NCBI GenBank assembly: GCA_050084515.1
Contig: CM114271.1
Location: forward strand, 25,048,001 to 25,112,000
Length of the DNA stretch: 64,000 nucleotides
Direction: 5' to 3'
From: Blasia pusilla
Lineage: Eukaryota
Shown here: piece by piece, positions 53,573 through 64,000 of the stretch
Layout of the letters: each line of letters begins with the position of its first letter
How positions within the stretch are numbered: the first letter of the stretch is position 1
Notes under the pieces: generated by a model
Told to the model about the DNA's origin: nothing
The model's database searches: none
Seen by the model: the letters and a program-made list of their open reading frames with translations, nothing else
Translations under genes and position numbers: made by a program

Positions 53573-56500
53573 CTAATCTGATTCTGAATTATTAGAGTCT
53601 GAATCAACATCTTCTATCATATCGCATACATGGATTATTGGCACATGTTGCACATCCACTCTAGCAGTTTCCATCTCTGCATCACTTAGGACTCTAGCTC
53701 CTAAGGTACTTGCATCTGGTAGATTCCCTGGTTCCATGCATGTGGCATGGAAGGTGGGCAAAACATTACAAGCTCCATCTAGCGACTCTAAGTCATCAAA
53801 ATAAACTCTCCGAGCTCTAGCTTCCTTCCTCATTACCACTTTCCATCCTCCACCCTCATCGGCATCTCCATAAAACACTTGTTGCATTTGTGATGGGAAA
53901 ACAAATGGTCTGGTGATCTAATGGCTCGCATGACCTCAAGTTGGCCAACAAAACCCTCCTTATCTAATTTCATGGATCCTACTCTTGAATCCCAATTTGC
54001 TTTAACCCACCGCCCAAGCATTAGTATTATGGGTTGTTCTACAACCCCATAATCAAGTAAGAGAATATCAACCAACACCCCAACGTATGAGTATAGACAA
54101 TTCTGGTTGGAACTTTTTCATCAACAACATCGCACCTATTCCACTATCATAAGTGGAGAAGGGTGTCGCACCACTTGGCCCTTCTACTCGAAGTGGTTTC
54201 CATAGGCTTTCATACTCTTGAATGACAATGCCCTACTATTAGGAGGTATAGCTAACGATAGTAGGTGAGCATCGGGATCTTTTGAGTTGTCAATTGCATC
54301 CTGTGTAATGGCAAGGCGAATCCACTTTTCAAAAGGAATGTCTCTAACATGACTGATATTTCTGTTCAATAACAATGTTAATGGTATAAGTACATTCTTT
54401 TGTATTTAATGTGTCAATACCAAAATAATATACACTTTGAGAGTCCGAATCAGTAATTCACATAACTATAACCTTGAAAAGCATATATTGAGAGTTTTAC
54501 CTTTGCCAATCAACCATGACCCTCAGATTATGCAACACATAATGATGTGCTAAGTTGATCATTTCTCGTGAAAGTCGAATCGGAGTGCTTGCACCTTCTA
54601 GCTCCTCACCAACGACCCTCTTCCTCCCCATCATCCCACACTCGCCCCGCACGTCTTCAAACCTTTTCATATACTCGGCCACAAACCCTAATGCCTCGTC
54701 CTTCACATACCCTTCTCGCCATACACCCCTCTGGTCTAGCTTTAGACCGTACATATTTCTTCATGTACCCCATATATCGCTCCATTGGATACATCCATCG
54801 ACATGCTCTTGGCCCACACATGTCCAACTCTTCTACGACATGAATCAACAAATGTGTCATCACGTCGAAGAAAGATGGAGGGAAGTGCATTTCAAAGCAT
54901 AAAGGGTTATGGCGTCTCTTCCAAGAGTTTGTCAAATAAAGTGGATCATACACCTTTGTACACACCATTCTAAAAATGCCGGATAATCTAATAACCACCA
55001 TTCTCACGTGGTCTTTCAAAAGACCACGGATGCAATAAGGAAGGACTTGCTGAATGAAGACATGGTAATCATGTGATTTCATATTGCCCAATTTTCGATT
55101 AACCACATGCTTGGAGAGTTCTCCACAATATCCGATGGCACTTTCAAGTTTTGAATCCTCGAAAGGAAAGTGTTCAAGTCATGGGGAGATAGACAATAAT
55201 CGAAACTGGTTTAAGCAAAACTTGGGGTTTACTAGGATGGGGTTGCAACCACAAATGGGATCGAATCCCACGGGCCTCCAGATCTCTCCTTACTTTCACA
55301 AGATCTTTCACTCCAAATAAGGTCTTGACTAGATTCTCAACGATATTCTTCTCAACGTGCATTACATCTAACGTATGGCGTATAAGCAAATTCTGATTGT
55401 ATCGTCAAGGAAGCATGGACATCTCACAACTTCAACATGATAGCTAATATTCACAATCAAATCAAACAAAAGCTATCCTCCTCTATAGCCACTATTTCAT
55501 AACATAAAGAATGGATAATACAGAGAAGGAGCAGGATACTCGCCAATATGGCAACAAATATAGTATACTCAGCCTTTTCACCCCAGTTCTCTTGTAGGGA
55601 TCAAGAGGGCCGTCTTCTCGACCCCACTCTCATCATATGCATGTTTTTCATTTGCCCATCCAATAATCTCTCTGGAAAGTAGTCTAGGCACGCGTGGTCT
55701 AAGTTCTGCACTCCCGTTGAAGTGAGATCCATACCTGCGGGTCCTCCATGGATGGCTCAATGGGAGACATCGACGATGACAACCGTATATGGGCTTGCCA
55801 CAAGACTTTGAAAAATCAGAATCCACTCGAGGCCCGCATATAGTACATCCTAATTTTCCACCATGGCTCTGCCCAACTATAGTTCCGTATGCCGGGTAAT
55901 CATTTATGGTCCATAGTAAGGTAGCCCTGAACATGAAGTTCCAACTTCCGCCTACCTTCCGACGTCATGAAATTGAACCCTTTCCACAATTCTTGGAACT
56001 CTTCCACTAGAGGAAGCAAGTATGTGTCTATGTTTTTCCCATTTACACTTTCCTTTCTGGTATGATCAAAGAGAGCATCACAAAGAATTTTTTTTTGTCT
56101 GGAGCCGGGAGGCAAGTTATAATTAACAAGAAGCACGGGCCATGTTGACCACTTAACTCGACTTGTCTGAAAATGGATTCACTCCGCCCAAAGCTAGCCC
56201 AAACCTGCAATTCCTCTTCTCCTCGGCAAAGTCCGGATATAAGTTGTCCATGTGGCGCCATGACTTGCAATCACCAGTATGTCTTACTAAGCTATCCTTG
56301 CTCTGATTCAAGGGGGCCCATGTTAACAATTCAGACAACGTCTTGCATCTAAACATACGTCTCATCCGAGGTATGACAGGAAAATGCCTTAATACCTTAC
56401 ATGGTACCAACGTTCTACCCACATAACCTTGGTTTCCCCACATAATGGACAGATCTCACTTCAGCCAAATCACCCCGAATAAAACACATCCACCGACACG

Positions 56501-57200
56501 ATGGATATCTTGTTGTAACCTAAGCCTAGTTTACCAATGAGTTTTTTTGCTACATAATAACTCGGTGGCACCAAGTTCCCTGCTGGTAGGACCAACTTAC
56601 AAAGGAGTTTCAGAAATTCGTCAATAGCTACATTTGGGACGCCATGGGTGGTTTGAATGTTAAATAGTAACATGACAAAAGCCAAAACAGATGTTTTTTT
56701 GTGTAGGGAACAAGGGTTTGCAAGCTTCAAAGCAAGCTCCTCATATTCATCTCCATGATTGAATGGTGGTTCTTCGTTTGATATTCCGGTTTTGGTAATT
56801 CATCGATGAGAGAGATGTCTCTTGATTTCATCCTCGTGTATATGGTCGTATTTCTGGAAAATATCATTGAGCATTTTATGAACGTCAATGTGCTCGTCTA
56901 TATCCGCCATGGAAGATCTCTCCTTCCATCCACATGGAAGGTGGGGGCTGACTCCATTGTCTTATCCTCTTGGCTTCTTTTTTCAGCAAGATCATGCATA
57001 AGCCACTCCTCATCTGAAGAGTCCCATCCATCCCTAGATTTTGGCACTCGACAAAGCGCCGAGCGTCCATTTTTTCTCAAATGTGCTTCCACCTTGCCGA
57101 TGGACAACGTAGACCCACCCTTACAATCATTGCACGGACACCGCAATCTTTTACAACCCAGTACACTAGCACGTGTGCTTTCCGTTGCCACAACTTGGAA
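53573..57200 (-). pseudogene. CACTA TnpD/Tnp2-type transposase
   Basis: LRCPCNDC...HLRKNG; KVLRHFPVIPRMRRMF; YNLPP; LLWTINDYPAYG; IRHTLDVMHVEKNI; MKSHDYHV; FFDVMTHLLIH...WMYPMERYM; QQVFY...WKVV. Many frameshifts. Confidence 0.92.
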
Positions 57201-58099
57201 TCATGTGCCTTTACTCTAACCGGGTGGCTCAAATCCATTCTAAGGGGATTGAAGTAGATTCCATAAGCGTGAATCAAACATTCCAAACACATCCAAAACC
57301 ATGACATCTTGCCTCAATAACGAATTCCATAAACCATGGTGGTTGAGCTATCATCTCAATGCATACTCACGTGAAGTCAAGACAAGTATGATAAGGCACG
57401 TATACCTAACCTGGTTCTTATCTCGATGGAGATCTCAATCATCACTAACAATCCTCACCGATGCGGTCCAATGCTTCCAACGACATTCCTGAATGACAAT
57501 TGTAACACACCCAAATTCAGATAATGACTCAGTCCTTTGATATGTACACTTCATCATGGCCTCGTCTAATAAATGTTTCCAACGAATCAAGTCTTTGATG
57601 AATGCACAAGAGAACTGAACTGGAGACATAATCTATGTGCCCCTTTCCTTAGTTGGGATCTTTTGTCCGATTGGAAATTGGTAAAACATAACTCGAACTG
57701 ATTATTCATGTTTATCTATTGAGCTTTGTGCTTCAAAGAATGAGTTGGTTTCATCAAGATATCTAGTTTAATGCTCTACATTTAATCCTGCGACTCGGTT
57801 GGAAACTTTAACTTTTGTTTCAGGAGAAATTGGTGGAAATCTTGAGTAATACTGTAATAGAGTGAAGGGCCATGAAGACGAGGTGAGTAGACTACTTTTG
57901 AGGACACAAATCCCAATCAATCTTTTCGGCATGAAGTAGTTCTACTTGGACGCTTAAGATGAAGTAGTTCCCAAGAATTGACGCTTAATATTTCTCTGAA
58001 TAGACAAGAATTAGGCGCAAAGATTTTTCAATCTATCACTCGGACCAGCGCTCCGTTCAGACTTTACAGGGACATAGCTCTGAAAGGGTAAAATGATTT

Positions 58100-60330
58100 A
58101 CATGATTCTATAGCGCTGATGTCATGTGTTTTGGGCAGAGCGCAAATGCAGTGCCATTCTTTGAGAAGGAAAGAGAGAGTGAGGTAGTAGAATCTGAGCT
58201 CAAGAGAGTTAATGCACACTCAAGAGCAGCTCCGTGTAGCTCAAGAAAGACGTGACTCACAATAAAGGGACAGGATGGTCCGAGTGCACATGACTCTGGT
58301 GTGACTTCTGGTCCTCGACGTGGGCATGCGGATGATGGGCAAGGTGAAACAAGACGTAACACCCTTGAAGTGGAGAATGAAGAATTATGCAAAGAATCTG
58401 TTTCATACCCTAAAACACCTTCACATGGTCTACCATCGAACGAGCTTCTCAAGCAGGAGAGTGGGTCCAAAGCGATTTCAGATCATCAAGAAAATTCTCT
58501 CAAAGCACAACCGACTCGGGAATTGTTGGCATCCGAACAAAGAATTGGTAGCAGATCTTAGAAGCACAATCAAAGAGACTCAGAACGTCGGTTAGAATTG
58601 GAACAGAGACATTCCAAACATGAGTCGAGTTACAAAATAAATTAGCAAACATTTAGGGCCGTGAGTCCGAACTTCAAAAGATATAGTACTCGCAAGAGCG
58701 CTACAAGAGCAAGTCCGTAGTCTAATGAGCAAAGAACTTGTCGCCCAATGTAAAACAGAGGGCTTTTTGAAAGTGCTAAACGACTCTACAAATGAACTTT
58801 AGAGTGAGTCAAGCGTGCCAATGAACAAGTTGAAACGTTGAAGGAGCAAAATCACTCGTTTGTCCGAGATCACATAGCGAATCGCTGAAATTAAGGCGAT
58901 GCTAGCACCGTCGCAGAGGAGCAGCGTGTGTACTATAATGCAAGCCGAGACGATTCTATTATCCTGATTGCAATGGTTGATTGCCTTGGCAAGGTGGGCA
59001 ATTTCAAAGTGCCGCATGAAATCTATTTTTGAGATGAAAGAGAAGGGTCATTCGTTGGACGTGGTTTTCTACACAAGAATGATTGATATTTGTGGGAAGT
59101 GTGGTTACTATGAAAAGCCGTTGAGTTCTATGATGAAATGCGAAGGTTGGAGTGGAGCCAAATATATTTACTTATAACACTCTCATCAATTGCTTGGGAA
59201 AATATGGCAATCATATCTGCTGCTCACCAAATTGCTATTTTGTGAGATGCAAAGCAGCGTGGTTGTGAGCCTAATGTAGTCACTTACAACACCCTCATAG
59301 ATCTTTACTCTAAGCGGGCAAACCAGAACTTAGCATGGAAATCTTGAGAAGCTACAATTTTCCGGTATCCGGCCGGACTCGGTACTTTCATCACAATGAT
59401 GGAAACTCTCATTGAAGCCGGGCAAGTACAAGAAGTTGAGAATATGTTCGGAAGATGAAGGAAGTGGGCATGATGTCGGGCTTCCAAAGATACAATATCT
59501 TGATTGATATGTGGGGCAAAAGGTAACATTGAGAAGCTAAGTTTTCGGCACAAGGACTTATTAGATTCAGGTTAACCCTGCACTCACGTCACTCTTAGAA
59601 GCATGATATCTACTTATTTAAGAGTGCATATGTATGATCTTTGTGAAACAGATCATTGATACTATGTCCACATTGGGCATCGTGATTGACTCTAGCATGA
59701 GTGCAATACTCCTTCAACATTGCTCGGGCTAGAACACCAGGAACATGTGGATGGTCTCACGAGTGTGCTAGCAAACACGAGACACCCGCTTATGCCTTTG
59801 TAATCGCCTGATTGGATCTCAAGTGAGGACATCACAAAGATATTGTGAACGCTTCTTTGATTCTTTGCCATCGAAGAGAAGGATGGTAAATTAATGTTCC
59901 TTGATGCTTTGATCATGTTCCTCCACAATCTCGGCCGCAAAGTGGAAGCAGGGTGTGTCGGGACTATCTTTGTTAGCCATGACTTCTTTCCTCAAGTCGT
60001 TACCATACAAACTACACCTAGTCATTGGTTTATGGACTTTCATACCATGTTAGTTGGGAGAGCATTAGTTGCCCTCACAAGGACGTTAGCCACATTCAGG
60101 ATGCTATGATTACAAACTCGCATGCAGATCAGGTCTTTATTATTACTTAATTTTGGGGCAAAGGAAGCAGTGGTGCTGGATGTTCTTGATCAAACAAGTG
60201 CCCAAGAGAAGTTGTATGCCCTCCGATCTCCTTTCTATATGAGTGGGATGAACTTGGGTTGCTTTTTTTTTTGCAAAGGGGAACCTTTTCTTGATTGGGT
60301 GCAAGAGACTTACTCCGGACTAAGCTACCA
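58100..60330 (+). pseudogene. Decayed PPR protein with C-terminal SMR domain
   Basis: PPR-like DVVFYTRMIDICGKCG and GCEPNVVTYNTLIDL. C-terminal HWFMDFHTMLVGRALVALTRTLATFR...SPFYMSGMNLGCF..KGEPFLDW resembles plant PPR-SMR proteins. Many frameshifts; 5' limit uncertain. Confidence 0.75.
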
Positions 60331-62335
60331 CTATGGATACAAGTTAATGCTACTCCTTGGGTCATCAAGTGACGCAGAAAATCATCTTATTTTCGTGCTA
60401 CAAAGTTCACTTTCCAGACTTGTGAGTGTATCTTGATCATCTCTCATTTTCTGGATTTCCTCATCTCAGTATATATTTTTGAGGGACCAAGTTTTGTCTA
60501 CCTTCGATTGTGTCCATTTCTTTCATGTCATGGTGTGCAAAATAAATTCCTAGAGTTTATCAGTACTACCTTGAGTGATATTTGCTTATGGAAGATAGAC
60601 CATCCAGTTAAAATAGTTGTCCTCCTTTCTTAGCTGGATGATCTACCTTCCATAAGCAAAGTACTGTGCTACTCAAATGCGTTTTGGTTTCAAAGCACAT
60701 ATGCTAAATTTCCGAGAAGGATGTATGGGCAAGTATTCAAGAGAATATTTCTCACCCTCAAGCTTCAAATTATCTACAAGATATCCTCTTTTTAGAGCCT
60801 TTTGAAAAGTTCCTGCAGTGAAAGAAGCTTTACATGTTCTTTGACACTCACCAATCACAAAAGGTAGAATCGAGTTTGACTTGAGCATTTCGTGTTAGCC
60901 AGTTTTTACCTAGCCTAATTAGCTACTTTCCATACAAACAGAAAAGAGAAAGAAACTTTCAATTTTAATGAATTTCGTGTCCTTGTTCAGAATTAGAAAT
61001 GCAATGGACATCCGATTCAAGATCGTATTCTCTGCAATTGATGCTTATCATAGTTGTCTTCGCACCAACATTCTTTGGTGTATGCACATCTTTGGATGTG
61101 GAAAGATGTTGGGGTATCTATTTGGAAGCTCAAATATGTTGGAGGTTTGTTGAAAAGCAAGCACATGATGGCATGTTAGGAGACGGATCTCGAAGGAAAA
61201 TTCATTACCAATCAAGTCTAAGAATATCTTTGAGAGACTGGAACTTTCAACATAGTATTGAACCCATATGGTTGTGGGCCATATGTTTCCACTCTCTGGG
61301 CATGTTGGAGGGCACAGCGGCTTGTACAGCATCTGTGACTACCCAATGTCTATTACCTGGGGGAGAAATTTGTGGGAGCTCGAGATTAATTTGCACGACA
61401 TTGTGCATGAGGAGTGATTGTGAAACTTGTTGAGTAACTCATGTGGCAAATGGGATGAAGTGAGGTGGTGGATTTGTTAAAACTTTAACAAGGGTAATCC
61501 CTCACGAATGTTTTAATGTGGAAACAAAGCATGGTGGTGAAGATACTTAAATTGATCTCAAAACGCCAAATGACTTCTTGTGACTTGGGATTGACTTATT
61601 GACGAATGGATTTGTGTTGTAATGCACGATTCTACCTACAGGGATGGGTGCAAGATTTGTGAGAAGGATATCAGGAATCGGAGAAAATCAAGAAAAGCGG
61701 CAATTTGGAAATTTCCAAACGAACTACGATTCTGATTCGATTGGAAAGAGAGAAAGGCAAAACTCCCAAGATCTACAAACCTGAAAAAGAACACTTCCAG
61801 ATTACCCGAGAACCGAACACATCAATCGGATTCAATTAGAACGGAGACGGCTTTGAGATACACAAATATCTACAATTTCAGATTACCCAAAACGGAGATG
61901 TCAAATGCGATTAGAGAGAGAACAATACGGAATCGATGATTACACACATAAGTGAAGACTTCAAGAGGTTGCGAGAAACCTTGCAATTTCGTTCAATTAC
62001 AGGCACAAGAGAGAAAATACTATCCAGAAAAATTGACGACTATCTGACCTCTCAAACAACTCAACAACATGCGGACGATAGACGACTTTCCAAGTTCCCT
62101 TAAAATATTACAATTTCGAAGTCAACCACGAGAGGGAACAGATGTGTGACTGAAGCATGTCGAGAAATCTGTCACTTCGATTAGTGAGTCACCTTCAAAT
62201 TCAGGAAGGAGAGATAGAGTAATGAACAAAGATAAAGGCAACTTATAGTTTCCAATCCCAAGGAATCGAAGAGTGGAAGCCGAGAGTGAAGATGAAGAGC
62301 GATGGGAGAGGTGGGTCTTTGGAGGGAGAGAACCC

Positions 62336-62546
<211 letters not shown>

Positions 62547-63325
62547 ACTCACCGGGGTGTCAGATCAACAATGTGTATCAGGTTTCAAAGCAATGCCGTG
62601 TTTGCACTAGAGTTAGCACCCTCGTATCCGAGCCTTCCTTCGTCAAAAAAATATTACCAATCTCCCAAAAACGCACCATATCATACTTTCTCCCCTAAAC
62701 AAGCCTCCTTCCCCCTCGCATTGCCCGCCTCATCATCTTTCAACTTCCTTCCTCAATCGTCTCGCCCAGGAGCTTGCAAACGCTGGGAACCTCAATCGTC
62801 TCGCCCAGTTAGGGTGAAGAGCTTGCAAACGCTGGAATGTGCAAAGCCTTCAAAACCTCGCCTTGTTAGTAGGGTGCAGGAGCTTGCAAACGCGGGAATG
62901 TGCAAAGCCTTCAAAACCGAATCGCATCGCACCGAAAAAACAGAGCCAAAGCCTAGGTCCTTGCCACGACACACTCAACATGTCAAATAAGCCTACAACC
63001 CACCTTGATTGCCACGTTGGCATAAAAAAAAATGTGATACTCTAGGTGCCCATTCACATGGTGCTAAATTTTGTCCATTCTTTTAGCATCCATAAAAATT
63101 TGGTGGAGAGATGACCTAAAAATGTTGACCACATTGAGTTGGTTATAATTCCAAGTAGTAAATACCTACCCGTTTGCTTTGCTACATTAAGCATATGAAA
63201 AAAATTTACACAAAATCCAAACATGCGCATGCCCGTGATATAAGTAAGAAGGCCCAAATAAGTCTTGAAGATTAGAGGGATGGAGGTCACATCAAAAGAA
63301 AAACCCCGCAAGAAATCTCACTCGA

Positions 63326-63839
63326 GAAAAATGGAAGGAGCACTAGGAACATTACTTGTAAGTTACTCCTCTTCCACTTTCTTGTTCATTTGATGGTCCT
63401 TATCCTCCAAAACAAGCCCATAAATCATGAAACTTGATCACACCATGCCCTTCACGTTAGGACCCAAGGGGGAAAAAAAATAAAACCCCAAATGCTTCTT
63501 GGGGTTTGGGAGTTAAAAATCAAAACCCTTAGCTCAGGTCTTCATTTTTAATGCAGCATGGAGAATTCTATATAAGATCTACACCGTCCAAGTTCAAGAG
63601 GGGCATGACCATCCACAAATTTCCAGGTTTAAGCTCCATCCAACGGTGGCATCAAATGATGAGTGGCAACAAAGGTGAAAAATGGAAGGAGGACTAGGAA
63701 AAAGACTTGTAAGTCACTCCTCTTCCACTTTCTCCTTCATTTGATGTTCCTTCTCCTCCAAAACAAGCCCATAAATCATGAAACTTGATCACACCATGCC
63801 CTTCATGGTCAGGGCCCCAAGGAAAAAAATAAAACCCCC
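63326..63839 (+). repeat. Direct repeat of about 165 bp (63326-63489 and 63677-63839)
   Basis: GAAAAATGGAAGGAG...CTCCAAAACAAGCCCATAAATCATGAAACTTGATCACACCATGCCCTTCA...TAAAACCCC occurs twice. Confidence 0.85.
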
Positions 63840-64000
63840 TCAACCAAGAGTCGAAAAAAAAAGAAACGGTTCCTAGATAGCCACCCAACCCCACGAACAC
63901 GAAGGGAAGAAGAAAAACTTCAAATGATCACTCACACATTGAATAAAAAATCGTAATCCCTAAATAAGGACTTTGATTTTTTGTACTAGCATAGAAGGCT

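Larger units (their letters stand above)
48452..57300 (-). mobile_element. CACTA (EnSpm) element with decayed transposase genes; other terminus not found in window
   Basis: Terminus CACTAGAAGAAATCCCTGGTTTTATGACT at 48452 with ATGACT subterminal repeats to about 49170, the same terminal type as 3709/19286. Confidence 0.9.

Overview
Eukaryotic, repeat-dense DNA from a land plant, most likely of bryophyte grade judging by the rDNA variable regions and captured plant genes. No intact host gene is visible. Left half: a Ty3/Gypsy retrotransposon (minus strand, about 2184-24541) whose pol carries a C5-cytosine DNA methyltransferase between protease and RT and a PHD finger after integrase. It sits in an older copy of its own family and is split by a 15.6-kb CACTA element (3709-19286, CAT TSD), which holds a USE1 gene fragment, a LINE and a Copia element. 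Centre: one complete 18S-5.8S-26S rDNA unit (minus strand) that is a plant/ascomycete mosaic, probably an assembly artefact. It is flanked by two inverted copies of an unclassified element with dozens of 27-bp palindromes and a spliced gene for a ParB-like domain fused to a beta-class N4C/N6A DNA-methyltransferase-like domain; this is the best candidate for an undescribed system. Right end: a decayed CACTA with TnpD/TnpA genes, a PPR-SMR pseudogene and a long (GA)n tract. All protein calls come from motifs recognised by eye; no searches were run.
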